This document shows positions 50,301 to 64,000 of a stretch of 64,000 nucleotides of DNA, piece by piece (the first letter of the stretch is position 1; the number at the start of each line of letters is the position of its first letter). The stretch is from Octopus vulgaris (Eukaryota), in the NCBI GenBank assembly GCA_951406725.2, contig OX597819.1:134478001-134542000 (forward strand). Direction: 5' to 3'. A program made the translations under genes and the position numbers. The notes under the pieces were generated by a model. It saw only the letters and a program-made list of their open reading frames with translations, searched no databases and was not told the DNA's origin.

Positions 50301-52280
50301 TCACTGCTTTAACTTGCTTAGTTTTATCAATCATAATTAATGCTGTAGTTGTTAATTTATTTTTATTTCAAAATGTTACTTCATCAAAATACTATTTTCG
50401 TTTTATTTGGTTTTCTCTCTTGCATAACATAAATTAATTAGAAAAAAATATTTCCTGAAAACTGTCAATTTATGATGATTAAAATTTCATAATTTAAACA
50501 ACCTTTATTATAATAAGAGTTTAGGAGAACTTTCTTTTCAATCAGATATCTTCTTAGAAATTCAACCTCTTTGATCATTCCAGGTTTTTAAATCATTAGA
50601 CTTTTCCTGTGGCTTAAAGATAAAATGAAACAAACAAATCCTTTTAGATTTATTTGATATTTAATAATAATTGTAAATTTAGTTATTCAGCAGATTTGAC
50701 GGATGCTTTTTAATCGAAGACCACCCACAAATACTTCAGTTCACTTTTTCTTGGTTTATAGATTCTAGTCACCATATTGATGTTATAATTCCTGACAAGA
50801 AATGTTATGTACATCTTTCTAACTTTTTTAAAAACCACTTTCAGTCTTGCATAATAATAATAATAACAATTCTGATGATGATGATATTATTATTATTAAA
50901 TAACTAATTAAGAAAATGTAATAATGTCTTTATAAATCAGCCAGAGCATCTTAACATCACTCATCACTCATACACATGATTTAAAAAAAAACACATCATC
51001 TAATGGTTGATGGTCAGAGAAAATCACTTTCAGTTTAACTCATATTTTAAAAGTGAAATTTCAAGAGGTAAGAATATTTTGAATAAAGTCACTCTTCTAA
51101 TATGAGATCAAACTTTATTCCTAAATATTTTGCATGGTTTTGTTTTTTTTTTTTTATTTATTTATTTATTTTTTTTTTTTTGTAACAGCTAAATGGAGTT
51201 TATTTTGAATTATGCATTAATATGAAAATGTAACTTTCCGATAAAAAATGTATAATTATCCTGTTTATTTTCTCTGTAAAAAAGATAGTGTTTCAGTTTT
51301 TTTCTTGACATATTTTATGCAGTTTTTCATAAAATGCAATGGGAAAAAATTTAAGTAATATTGTTAGCATTTAATTTATAAATACAAAAGTTTTTTAATG
51401 ATACATTAAAGGATTAGATTTCAAAATAGCTTTTCCAGTTGGGTTTTTGTGATTGAAATAAACTGGCACGTTATATTGAATGCTTTCATTGGCAAACTGT
51501 AGTAAGATAGATGCCGAGGTAGAGCAGATTGATGCCGACTGGTTCTTTCCGATTTTAGTCAATTTCTCTGCTTTTTTGGAGGTGATAAAAGGAAATTTTT
51601 CACAGAAATTTCAAACTTTATTTTAGCTAATAACCATCTATATTGTAGACTCTAACCTTTGTAAGAAATAGTTTTGCTAGGACATCAAACATATTTCTAT
51701 CAACCCAAACAAAGTAATATACACTTAGAATTAGTGTTCTAGTTATTTGTCTTTTCTTTTCATTATAAGAGTTTAACATTTTCTATGTTGATGATGATGA
51801 TGATGATGTTTGTATAGTTCTGATATCCATATGCTTTTATCAATTTATGTATTTTTCCAGATTATCTTTTTGTATCTTTGTTTCTCTGAATTTTTTTGTC
51901 TTTCTATTTTATTTATTTTTCCTTTTTTAATCTACTGTAGGCAGGACATAGAATTTTGTCTCTTCTAAAATTTTACTCCATTTTTTATAGTGTTGACTGT
52001 TTGAAGTGTCTTTTTTTTTTTTTTTTTCCATGTCAAATTGTACTGTTTGTTTCACAAGTTCTTTGCAAGACTAACTTTAATGTCTATACAATGCAGCTCT
52101 CTGCACTGTATACACTTGAGGATTTCTCAACAATATTGTTTTTAGCTAATTTGTAAATATTTAGACACTTCCAGAATCCTCAATAATGAATGTTTACAAA
52201 GTGAATTAGCTGGCCTGTAATGATGTATATTCTTGTAAAAAATAAACAAAATAAAAAGGATAAATAAACAATTAAAATGT
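46850..52280 (+). other. INO80D: Probable long 3' UTR of INO80D
   Basis: U/A-rich, nearly free of transposons, clustered AATAAA at ~52241-52268; end is inferred. Confidence 0.5.
48410..48945 (+). mobile_element. Tandem degenerate SINE copies
   Basis: Two CTTTGCCTTTC.TC.TTCCAGGGTTGATAAA cores, each ending CTAAATTAGAAACCATTATT, plus a partial third tail. Confidence 0.75.
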
Positions 52281-53679
52281 GAATTAGATTTTCCCATTCA
52301 CTTGTGATTGTAAACTGGTACAGCTTGTTGTACTTTTCATAGGCTTTCACCAAACAACAACAACAACTACAACAACTGCCTGTGTTTGGATCTTGTTTGC
52401 TTCTTTATACTGGATCAACTAAGTTTGGCAATTAGGGTGTTTTTTTTTGTTTTTTTTTTTTAATTACCTTTTATTTTCATTATCCTGCTTCATGAAGATT
52501 TTCTCAAACTTTTGGTTCCTATCTTCTTGATGGTTTTCTTTAAACAGATATTATATAAGTGAAAACTTTTTGGAAAGAAATGTTAGTTATGACATTCCAA
52601 TGCTTCCATTTACTTATGGAATCCTATTAGCTGATATTTACTGGAAGAAAAAGTTTGTTTTAAAAGTTATGAAGCCAAATAAAACTACCTGCTTCTGTCT
52701 ACCGTTGAGTGGAAAATGTTCATTGTTTACCAATTTATACTCTTAACCATTGAACAATGTGCAGCAAAGTGAATTGTTGACTACTTTTACGAAAACAGTG
52801 GCTCATTGTAGTTTACTTATGTATAAAAATTATTGTTACTATACAAAGCATTGTCTTTTGTTATGATCCTATTTTTCATCTCCTAACAGCAGCAGCAGCA
52901 GCTGTTGGATCTGATCCATTTCACCTTGCTAGTGGATCCTTTTCTTTTGGTTGCCCTGCATGTAACTTATATTCTACTCAAGTTATTTGTCTCAATCTCT
53001 TCTTCCATTCCGACTGCAGCTTTTCTTATTGAGGCCTAAGTTTCTTTTCCCTTTTCAAAACCAGTTGACCTGTCAAACATTTCTTTATCTCAGATGTTTG
53101 AGATGGAGTTTTATTAACAATTGTAGTTAATTAATGTTACTATGTTGTTGGAGAGTTCTAATTAACCATTGTCTCTTAGTGATTGATGACTGCTATCAGT
53201 AAAATGGTGATCAGTACAAACCAAGTGCTCAGTCATTTTGACCCTTTCGTGATCCTTATTAATAAAATACAATATGTAACAATGGATTTTGAAAATAATC
53301 AAAACTTTGTAAGGATTTATTATTGCCTGGCTGAATATTTTCCAGCTCTGTTCACCCCCAGTCTAATTCCTACCAGTGGCAACATTGGCTTACATATTGG
53401 AGGAGTCAAAAGAAGACAAAAAAAAAAATCCCAGACACACAATGAGCCAATGCTGTCTGTTTCTTTCAGATATGGTTATACCATGAGAAATCTTTATGAG
53501 GGATCACTGGCAGAACTTAGACGACCTAGCAACAATATTCAATAGAAAAGCTAATAAACTACTGGAATTGTCCTGACCTGTTGTACAGCATGGAATGGAA
53601 ATAGAAAAGAGTGCAAGCCATGCATTCACCTCTTCAGCAAGACACCTGCTCCTTTCCCTCTATCATAGTCTTCTTTTTT

Positions 53680-53935
53680 TTTTCTTCAGTCTGTACTTTG
53701 CTTATTTGAGAGAGTCTTATCTTGTGGGTACATGGCTGTCTTACCATTGCTCATCCTACATAAAAAGCACCCAGTATACTCTGTAAAGTGGTTGGTGTTA
53801 GGAAAGGCATCCAACTGTAGAAACCATGCCAAAAATAGATATAAAACCTAGTTAGAACACTCTGGCATGTCTTTCCTTATTGAACTGTCCAACCCAGGCC
53901 ACCACGGAAAAGGGGATGTTAAATGATGATGATGC
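53680..53935 (+). mobile_element. RTE 3' tail
   Basis: TAAAAAGCACC...GTTAGGAAAGGCATCC...(GAT)n. Confidence 0.75.
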
Positions 53936-54440
53936 TATGTTTTGATAGTGCTTAGATAAAATGAGGGGAAGGTCTAATTTAATAAAAATTCCAAACAGGC
54001 AGTATAGTATGATAAAACTAAATGTGGTCTGAAATGGGTTGGTTTTAAGAGTTAAACAGTTATTCCACAAAATCTTTGCTGTTGTGTATTTGTATTTTCA
54101 GGACTTCATCTTCTTAAGTTTTTCAATACTCTAATGATTAATTCCCATTAACATAATCCATAGTCAAAAACAAATGTATGTAGATATCTTTAGTTAGTTA
54201 GAATAACAGCTTTGCTTCATATTATGTGAAAGTGCCTCCATTGAAATTATTTGATTTTTATAATACATTTACAAAGAGTATTCACAACGTCCTAGAATAT
54301 TCCACACATTTTCAATTATAGTGAAATTATAGAATATAAAACAACTTTGATAAAAACTTATACCTACTTTTCTGACGAAAACAATGCCGTTCTGAACATT
54401 TTGGCCGCAACTGTATATATACACATACATATATATATAT

Positions 54441-57400
54441 ATCATCATTGTTTAATGTTTGCCTTCCATGCTGGTATGGGTGGGACAATTTGACAGGAGC
54501 CTGCACCAGACCTCTGCAACTCTTTTGGTAGGAGTTTTACAGCTGGATGCCCTTCCAAATGCCAACCACTTTATAGTGTTGACTGGATGCTTTTTAAGTG
54601 GCACCTGCACTCACAGGGTCACCTTGTAACTTGCAAGGCAAAAACCTTTTGAGAGGGGAGGTGGTCTTGTGTTCAATGATGAAAAGCTTATAGTAAGACA
54701 AAATCAGGTGTCTTGCTTTGGAGGAGGTACAAGGTTACCCAGCTGGTGGGGGAGGGCGATCAAGAATGAGGACAGAAACAGGTGTGCTGCCACAAAGGAG
54801 ATACATGGTTACCCAACCAGGAGGAGAGAGAGAGAGTGGGAGACAGCAGGATAGAGATGGTGGCAAAGTGCTGGACATGCTCACAAGGGACAGGGCTCAG
54901 AGCATAAATGGGATGATCAAGTAAAGGCAGAGAGAGAGAGATAAATGGTGGCAAGTAATCAGGGCATTCTCTTGAGGTTTGAATGTTATAATATAAATGG
55001 CAGGATATTGCCCAAAGAAGCATGATTAGAGAGTGGGGTAGGGGAAATGCGTAGTGAAAACATGGGTATATAGAGCGGGTGAGGGGGGGATACCAGATTG
55101 CAATGATAAAGAGAAGCAGGGCTGTGGGGACAGGATTGGGGAGTGAGGGGTAGGTAAAGTGCATGAAAGAGGAAATGTGAGGAAGAGAAGCGATGTAGTT
55201 TGGTTTGTTGTGAGAGAAGTTTTCTTAAGCATGTCTCCAACTATCCCTAATGAACCCTTGTTTTTCATGTCTTTTATTATTTTATTTACCAAACTGCTGT
55301 CAACATGAATTGCAGGTCACTCTTTTGGATCAGCATAGGGTAATCCCTGTTTATCCCATGGATTCTCCACACTTCATCAGACTTTCCTAATAGCATTTCC
55401 ATGCCAGTTTCTTTTGTTCCACATCAGCAGTATGTCGTCATCATTCCCTTGCACATTATCTTACGTTTCTGAACACTTCATACCTCTGACCCTTGTGTTG
55501 CAGGACATATGCAAATTTCTTTCTTGCTAACTCATTTTTACCTGAGAACACCTATCATTTTGATACTCATTAAGTCATTAGCTAATACTTCCTACCAACA
55601 GGCTTTCCAAGCCTGTCTCTTACACTTATCTGTTCCTATCAACTGTATTATTATTCTATCCTATGTTACTTATGGCTTGGCTCTGTTCTCTAGTCTTAAT
55701 CTGGTTATTGCATTGAAATTCCTAGTCATCTCTGCTACAGATATCTAAATCTGCTTCCCCACACTCATGTGTCGATTAGAATTTCTCTTCTTGATTGCAA
55801 GATCTTTTAGTTTCCGTACCTCCCTTTGTATATATTGTCTTGCATTTCTTTTTGTCTGAAGTCACTTGCCATTGACTCATGCCTGTTGTGTGTCCTTCAC
55901 CAGGAAAAGTTTTGGTATTAACAATCGCTCTTCTGTTTCCTGCTGAGAATGTAGTCCATCTGACTTGTGTGTTGGTGATCAGATTGGTAGATGATTAGAT
56001 TTTAGCTGGTTTCATAAAGTGCATGTTACAGACTGTTAGATCAGTTGCTCCACAGAACTCCAGGACCCCACACACCCCTCTTCATTTCTGGAACCATAAC
56101 TATAGTTTCTGTGTACAACATGCTGACCAACAACATCTACTGAAGTCACCAGCTCTGGGGATGAGATCTTTGTCAGCTGTCATTGAAGTAGTTAGGGTCT
56201 CATAAAGCCAATCCCACCTGTAGGGCATATGCTGAGTTGCCAATAACTAGTCTTAATTATCATATCGGGCACTGTAACTCCTTTGTCTATCCATCTCTCA
56301 GTTAACAACATGCCTACCCCACCTCTGCCATCACTATTGCTCACTCAAAAGAGTTTGGTTGAATTGTAGCTATAAAATGCCAGCACAGGTAAGTGGAGGA
56401 GAGGGTGTGTATGTCTCCCCCAGGTGCTGCTGCCGCAGACACTGAAAGTGCTAGTCCAGTGTTACTTGAGGTACTCTTAAGATCAGCCCACTGTCATCAT
56501 TTTATGACGTTGAAAGAGCCCTTCTTATTTATATATGCATCTATGTGACTATCTCTGTACAAATTGCACATCTATCACTGCATAGTTTTTTAAAGTCTTC
56601 TACATTCAAGGCCCACATAACTTCTATGTAGCATTACTGTTCATACACAAGCATCATGCAATCTGCTTCTGAGAAAGAAACCTTCTGTAGCCAACAGAGG
56701 TAATGGTTAGCTGAACTTTCTCTATTCTCTTCTTATTCTAACAAAAATTCTTTCACAACATCCCCCTCAACTGATAATTTGCTTGTCGAAGTAACAGAAA
56801 CTATAACTGCTTGGCAACTTCCTGGAATAAAAAAAAAAAAAAGGGTTCTCCCTGCTCTGCTCATAGTATCTGTTGCTCCTCTGCATATCTGCTGATCGAC
56901 TTCTGATACCACTGAGTTTTATGAGTGTCCATAATTTATACTACACTGCCCAGTATATTTCTACCTACCCCTTTTCTGTCTATCAAATAAGGGAAGCAGT
57001 ACTCTTATCTCTTTCCCTGTTGACTAGAATGGTGGTCTTTGTTTACCTTGAAGCAGTTTCATTCAAGGTTTTGTTTCAACGACTGAAATGTTTTTTCAAG
57101 TCCTACAGATTCAGCCATAAAGGTCATCGGCATAAACATGCTCTCCTCTTGAATCCTTATAGCCTGGAGGACAGTGAATAGGAGGAGACCTATAACCAAA
57201 CCCTGATGGATTCCTTCCTGCTTATTGTTAATTCTCACCTAATTGACGGTACCCCTGTACATGGCTCGTGTTAGCCATTCCTCACTTCCTAGCTTCTTCA
57301 GTGACCACTAGATTACAAGAGCTAGAGATTCGGTCAGAGACTTTCTTCAGGTTGCCAAATGCTAAAGTACAGCAGCTCATTTTTTAATTAAACACCTCTA

Positions 57401-57770
57401 TAAAGTCTTACTAGAAAGTATCAGTAGTACTTTTCCCATTTCATGCCGATCCCTCTTCCTAATTAGTTGAGTTGCAACTCTTTCATAAACTCGTCCCACA
57501 ATTTCCTTCCCCTTTAATAATAATAATGACTTCTCTCTAAGGCTTCTCCTCCTTTACTTTTTGTGACAGTTGACTCTCAATGCTGCTGCGTCTACACCAG
57601 TCACTCTGCCTTGGTTGCTCTGCTGGACCAGGCGCTCTCTTGCTTTCATCACCTTCATCACATTATCTATTGCAGTGTCTGTGTTGGGAAGGCTCTCTTT
57701 TTGCAATGCATTCTCAACATTTAATAACCTTTCATAGTAGCACTTTCATGCCCCTTTCTTTTCAGAATCA
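54441..57770 (-). mobile_element. Cluster of old RTE LINE fragments
   Basis: Tail and long 3' UTR at 54441-55230, then very decayed linker/APE (55230-56460) and RT (56540-57770) remnants. Confidence 0.6.
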
Positions 57771-57775
57771 CTTAA

Positions 57776-58818
57776 CCCTTTCATTACCAAACTGCCCAAA
57801 GCCGCCCGAAAAAAATTTTGGTTCATGTGACCAAACCGCCCGTAATTGCCTATTCATATTTAAATGAGAATATCAGAGCAAATCTCGTTAGTACATTCGT
57901 GAAAACACGTGATTATACTTCGTAAACAGTTCAACTACAGTTTTGTACAATGATCAAAGTGTAATTTTAATTCCGTGAATTTTGGGAGAATTTTTTTCCC
58001 AAATTTGTTCCTATTGTGTTTTCAAAATTTGTAATTCTGACAAAAAATGCATACGAATTTCATTATATCAAGCAGCGAGTCAGAATTCAAAGGATTTTCT
58101 ACTGAAGACCTTGATAAATCTAAGTCTATGACTGAAAAAAAAAAGCACGAGGTATTTGATAATGTATCCGATGTTTCATTTTCTGAAAATGAAAGCAGTG
58201 AATCTGAGAGCTCCGACAGCGATAAAGAAAATGAATTGGCACCTGAATGGAGTGAAAATTTAAAAACTGTTTCTTTCGGTGATTTTTCTGAAGAAACTGG
58301 ACCAAGCCACAGTCTTTCCCAGGAGAGTAAAGCCTTAGACCATTTCTATTTACTTTTTCGAATGAACCTATTTGAAATCATTACGCTAAATGTAAACAAA
58401 GCGAAAGAAAGGATAGTATGTGGTTTCCCACAACCTTAAATGAAATTAAGGTCTATTTTGCCATAAATATTATTATGGGTATCAGAAAGTTACCCAGAAT
58501 AACACATTCTATAGTAAAATTTTGTTGTATACCCAATTGAATATTTCTATAGTGATGTTTGAACAAAAATTTTAATAATTTTATATTTTGTTGAATTTAC
58601 CTGTATCTACCTGCAATTAGAGTCACTTTGTGACAAAAATTATAGTATAGAATTGGTTGAGAACCTTTCATTAAATTATCTTCCAAAAATCACATTAATA
58701 TATTGATAAATAAAAAAGCTAGTTGTTTAATGAAACCAGACTAAATTTATGATTATGTTAGAAATTAATTGAAACACATAAGGGGTGTATTTTGGTCAGA
58801 AATATAGTAACGAAAGGG
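57776..58818 (+). mobile_element. Internally deleted piggyBac element
   Basis: TTAA on both flanks; TIRs CCCTTTCATTAC / GTAACGAAAGGG; ORF 58047-58439 with acidic N-terminus and GPSH...DHFYLLF..LFEII, then frameshifted WFPTTLNEIKVYFAINIIMGIRKLPRI; DDD domain absent. Confidence 0.92.
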
Positions 58819-59546
58819 TTAATGTACACACACTGACTTCTGACCAACAATATCTGGATTCTTTTCTACACACAGTTCTTGCAAACCAGAACACCTCTAA
58901 TCCTCATGCTTTCTGCTTCTCCTCTGCTTTGATATGTATTATTTATGAATAGGAAATGGATTTTTTTTTTTTTTCATGAAATGTATGTAGTGACAGTGTT
59001 TTGGACTGCCAATAATAAATGTGGAAGCTTAACAGGTTGTGTTGAAATACTGTACATAGGAGTAACTAAAGCAGAGAAGCCATGAACAATGTCTGTGTTC
59101 AGGCCTTCTGAAGGAATTTCTGAGGGTTGCAAGAGGCAGGGGAAAAGGATCAAATAAGGTTTCTAGATAGTCGAGGTGATAGAAAGAAAAACTAGTAAAA
59201 TGAGTGGACCTGCATGGAGAGGGTACACGGAATGTCTGATGGTGAATTGTTGACAATCAGTTGACTGGTTGTTGGCTGTTAGTGTGCAGAAACATAGCAG
59301 TACTATCATGCGGACATTGAACTTACTCCAAAGAATCAGGGTTGATTGAGGTTAGGCTGGCTTTAAACAGTGAAACCTAATAGTTGAACCAGAGAGAATT
59401 GTGACATTTAACATTTGTAACAATCCTACAAGACTGTTTCATTCATACGTGAAATGGTGGGATATTTGTGCTGTTGAAAAAGCAATGACTATCTTTATAA
59501 CTCTTGGTATGTGCTGTCATAGATTCTGTGTGGTTGCTTCAATAAT

Positions 59547-59845
59547 TACAAGGCCTGATCAATAAGTGTCCGGGCTGTTGCCATAGTAATGAAGCTAAAT
59601 CATGCAGAATGAAGCCACTCGGCAAAGATTGACCTTAAACTCTGCTGTGCATGTATACTAAGTTTTAACATTCTAGCTCACTTCTGTTGTTTACAGCAGT
59701 GCTTGGAAGGAAGGTGTGTAGTGTGTGATTGTCGTATTGACCATGACAGAGAAAGTTGTCATGGCGATACCTGCTCAGAGGCCGATGCAAAGTTGCAGAA
59801 AGTGTATGGAGAGGGTAGTGTATGAGCCGCACACGAGTGTAAGAT
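59547..59845 (+). mobile_element. Mariner 5' fragment
   Basis: TACAAGGCCTGATCAATAAGT TIR-like start; GDTCSEADAKLQKVYGEG..SRTRV mariner HTH remnant. Confidence 0.7.
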
Positions 59846-60382
59846 ATGATTGAATGAAGCAGTACCTATCATCTTCAGAATTGGACAGGTTTATAGTCTG
59901 TAGAGTTAGATTTTGTTGCCTTTTTGACAACAACCTGTTTCTTACATCTCAAAGCAATTGTCCCTAAATGGAATTTTAAAGAGTTTAGAAGAAATGAGAA
60001 AACTCTAGGGCTTTGTATTTCATCAAATTGTTTTGGAGTTTGGTAATAGTTAAAATTACTGTTGTTCAGAAAGATCTTGACAAACAAACATAACTCTAAA
60101 GAAAAACATCTTTTGAAACATTATATTTACAAAAGAAATACATGTGGCATACTTAAGCAGCGAATAACATTTGAAATGCTGCAAGAAAGAGGTGCAGTTT
60201 TATTCTTGCCCTTTATGAAAGGATTCAATAACAATTCCTGCTTAACGTATGTTCGATGTAACATTGCAATCATGCTTTCGAATTTCTGTTTTGGCTCTGA
60301 AGAAAAATAAAAACTATTAATTTATGCTGTTTACCTAACAGCAACAACAGTTAATAAAGCAAAAATTGTTCATCCCAAACTT

Positions 60383-60507
60383 CTAAGAGTAGAGGGTTTC
60401 AGAATCAGATTGTTTCTGCCGAAGTTCCTTTTCACCTTCAATTTGGTCAAGAGTTATGGATTCCTCATTCTGCTTTCTCCTCAGTTCTTTCTGCATTGGG
60501 CGAACCT
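60383..60507 (-). CDS. Candidate coding exon of an unidentified minus-strand gene
   Basis: TTTCTCCTTTTCAG acceptor; only phase 1 is open: VRPMQKELRRKQNEESITLDQIEGEKELRQKQSDSETLYS stop. No family recognised. Confidence 0.3.
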
Positions 60508-60716
60508 CTGAAAAGGAGAAATGGAATATAAACACTGTGCATTTAAACAAAAAGCATGTCTACAAGACTTGCTTTTAAAGTTTATTTAAAGCAAATTGTT
60601 ATTCTACATTTAGTAAACAAACATAAAAATGTAGAGCAGAAAGAACATTCCAGTTTATTCTTTGAACTCTTCAAATATGAAATGATGACAGAACATCTCA
60701 AACTAAACAGTTTTAT

Positions 60717-61556
60717 TCCTGCCATGCTTCACGGCAGTGAAACATGGACCATGACTGCTGAAGACGTGTGTAGGTTTCAAAGAAACGAAGCTAGCATGAT
60801 CCGCTGGATGTGTAATGCCAGTGTGCACACACGAGAGAGTGTAAGCGCCCTGAGAGAAATGTTGGACATAAGAAGCATCAGATGTGGCGTGCAAGAGAGG
60901 CATTTGCGTCATGTACTATGGATGGATGAGGAGAGCTGTGTGAAGAAGTGCCACTCCCAAACAGTTGAAGGAATTTTGGGTAGAGGAAGACATGGGATGA
61001 GGTGGTGAAGCATGACCTTCAAGCTTTGGGCCTCACAGAGGCAATGACAAAAGACCGAGACCTCGGGAGATACGCTGTGACTGAGAAGACCCGGCAAATA
61101 AAGTGAGTTAACAGCTGTAACCTACACCAGTGTTGCATAATGAGCCCACTCAAAAGTACCTAGGGTTGTTAGGTGACATGCCGTGTTTGAGGAGACCTAT
61201 TGAGTCAAGTACATCAACATCAGCAATATCAAAATCAAATCAAATGGAAATTACAGTTGTGAACCCCCCCGTGCCAGTTGCACGTATAAAGCACCATCTG
61301 AACATGGCTAATGCCAGCGTTGCCTTGACTGGCTTCTGTGCCGGTGGCACGTAAAAAGCACCATCCGATCATGGTTGATGCCAGCCTCCTCTGGCCCCTT
61401 GTGCCAGTGGTTGGCGTTAGGAAGAGCATCCAGCTGTAGAAACGCCGCCAGATCAGATTGGAGCCTGATGCAGCCTTCTGGCTTCCCTGACCCCAGTCGA
61501 ACCATCCAACCCATGCCAGCATGGAAAACGGACGTTACACGATGATGATGATGTTG
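60717..61556 (+). mobile_element. 5'-truncated RTE LINE
   Basis: AMLHGSETW...RNEASMIRWMCN; closely similar to 10251-11336; (GAT)n tail. Confidence 0.9.
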
Positions 61557-61761
61557 ATTCATTTTAGGAAATAAACGTCTGCTGAAAATCATTAAGTCCA
61601 AAACTCTGCTAATTTACAATATCAGGTAAAAACTGCAACAGCCATAGAAATTGAACTTAAGGAATGGGAATGTTTTATGAAGAGCATTCAGAGATTCTTT
61701 GCTAAAACTGATTAGAGAGGGTTTTTAATGTTTTACAACACTTTTTCTAGAAATGTTTTCA

Positions 61762-62120
61762 TAGGTGCTGGCGTGGTTGTGTGATAAGAAGCTTGCTTCC
61801 CAACCACATAGTTTCAGGTTCAGTCCTACTGCATGGTACCATGGGCAAGTGTCTTTTGCTATAACCTTGGGTCGATCAAAGCCTTGTGAGTGGATTTAGT
61901 AGACAGAATCTGAAAGAAGCCTGTTGTGTGTGTGTCCCCCACTCCATCGCTTGACAACTGATGTTGGTGGGTTTACATCTGTGTAATGGTTCAGTAAAAA
62001 GAGACTGATAAAATAATTAGGCTTCCAAAGAATAAGTTCTGGGGTTGATTTGTTTGACTAAAACCCTTTAAGGCAGTGCTCCAGCATGGCTGCAGTCAAA
62101 TGACAACCAAATAAAAGATT
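61762..62120 (+). mobile_element. tRNA-derived SINE
   Basis: Same family as 20421-20815. Confidence 0.85.
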
Positions 62121-62199
62121 ACCAAACCCAACCAATTCACTGTCTGCCTAACAACTGGATAATTATCCAGCTATAAATTTAAACCCAACATTACAAATA

Positions 62200-62415
62200 T
62201 CATTATCATCATCATCTTCATTTAACGTCTGTTGTCCATGCGGGCATGGGTTGGCTGGTAAGCTGAGGGGCTGCACCAGACTCCAGTCTGCTTTGGTATG
62301 GTTTCTATGGCTGGATGCCCTTCCTAATGCCAACCACTCCAAAAATGTAATGAGTGCTTTTACGTGCCACTGGCATTGGTCACATTGCCTCCATGAGGCC
62401 CAATGCTCAAATGAC
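62200..62415 (-). mobile_element. RTE 3' tail
   Basis: (CAT)n TTTAACGTCTG...GGATGCCCTTCCTAATGCCAACC. Confidence 0.8.
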
Positions 62416-62419
62416 ACCT

Positions 62420-63020
62420 TTAACTCTATCCTCTTCTCCCACCACCTTTCATCCTCTATCACCTGAGAGTAGAATAGGCACATTCATCCTGCCCCCAGCT
62501 TTCTCAGTTGCCTTCCTTCCCCTACCCTGACCCACTTCCCATTATCTTCCCCTGTCTCTACTAAATGCTCTCTACTGCACCCACCCCACAAGCTTCTCCT
62601 ATACATCTCTCCATCATTTGCCTTGGTCACCTCTATCCTGTTCACTCACCCATTCCTCGAGGGCATGTCCTAACACATCTTTGCCACCATCTCTCTCTCT
62701 CCCTATCATTCTCTTCATCTTACTCTCTAATTCACTCTCCTTTCCAGTTGGGGTATCCATGAATCTACAGCAAGACACCCATCCCTGAACCCCTATGCTT
62801 CAATCTCTCATCAACTAACACAAAGCCACCCCACTCAACACTACTCTCTCCTCCCAGCTGACGAGGGTTTTGTCCTGCAAGTTATGTGGGCATTCTGTTG
62901 GTGATGGTGCCACTTGAAAAGCACTCGGCACTCTCTTGTAAAGTGGTTGGTGTTAGGAAGGGCAAACTATCCAACCCATGCCAGCATAGAAAACAGACAT
63001 TAAATGATGATGATGATAAT
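62420..63020 (+). mobile_element. RTE long 3' UTR and tail
   Basis: Pyrimidine-rich UTR as at 27870-28945, ending in (GAT)n. Confidence 0.7.
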
Positions 63021-64000
63021 AGCAGTATTGTTCTAGAATAAAATGAACAATCATATTTCAGAAAGATCTCAAGCTGATAGTGGTTAGCCATAATGATGCC
63101 AGACGTGGATATTGCTGACTGTTACAGAGCAGTTCCACCGACAGCAATGACCCCAAGTTAAAGGATATTTGTTTGTGATAATTCAATGTCATTGTGGATA
63201 AACAGGAGAAGCAAATAAATGTGCTAGAATATAAAGAAATTGTGGGATAAGTATTGCAACAAGCAGAGCCCATAGCAGAAGTTGTGAATGAGTGATAATT
63301 GTAGAACAGCTGAGGAGGAATGAACAAGCAATGTAATTGGAGGTAACGAGCATGAACTACTGGTCTAATCGTTACAGCTAAAGCAATGACTGCTCAACAT
63401 GTCTGCAAAAACAGAATAAACGTACAAAAGTATTGGTTTTGTGAGGATTTATGCTGGACTACACCAAAGACAGGAATATTCGTTATAACAGGAAATTTAA
63501 TGACCGTCCATCCAACTGTAAAATGGATGTTATATGTTGATGATTAAGAGATATGAAGGGGAACAAACAAAGTGTATAGAGTTGTGATAAAAGGAATAAA
63601 TATGAATCGAACTCGTTTTGCGATACAAATATTATCATCATCATTTAATGTCCATGTTGGTCAGAAGCAGAGGAAAAGTGTGGAAACTGAAAGATGACTG
63701 TGTGAGGGCAGAACTGCAGAAAAGATTTGAGACTTGGAAGAAGTCGGCATGCTAAGATGAAAAAAAAAAAAAGAAGTACCCGGAACAGCAAATGCAATGA
63801 AATTCATTGAGTGAGGACTGAAAAGTAAGAAATAAATTGCTTGGTGAGTTGGGAAAAGGTTGATTAGAGATAATTATTATCCCTTGGCCACAAAGATTTT
63901 ATTTTGTTGGGCAAAAGGTTACTGTTACAATGTGATAATTAAGTGGAAGGTGATTAGTGAGGAGAGAGAATTCAGCTGGTTAGGATGATCCAAGCAACTT

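Noticed and set aside
63020-63410. Minus-strand ORF and hydrophobic alternative frame
   Set aside because: No consistent splice and frame model; no recognisable domain.

Overview
AT-rich, repeat-dense metazoan DNA. The RTE LINE, tRNA-SINE and microsatellite mix resembles a coleoid cephalopod (Octopus-like); this is an inference. One host gene is recognisable on the + strand: the 3' half of INO80D, with five coding exons at 42492-46849. It has a probable promoter/first exon near 36.2 kb, missing N-terminal exons probably lost in the 100-N gap at 40548-40647, and a probable ~5 kb 3' UTR. The rest is nested mobile DNA: many decayed RTE LINEs carrying a PHD finger inside the RT region, one GC-rich RTE of a different family, CR1-group remnants, two internally deleted Gypsy-type LTR elements, a piggyBac derivative, a hAT-type MITE, a mariner fragment and SINEs. 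Highlights: two Penelope-type hammerhead ribozyme motifs with a shared U4C core variant (one with a ~100-nt stem II), an 8-unit array of LTR-end + tRNA-Trp primer-binding sites inside an LTR element, and a candidate poison micro-exon in INO80D. All calls are from reading by eye; no searches were run.
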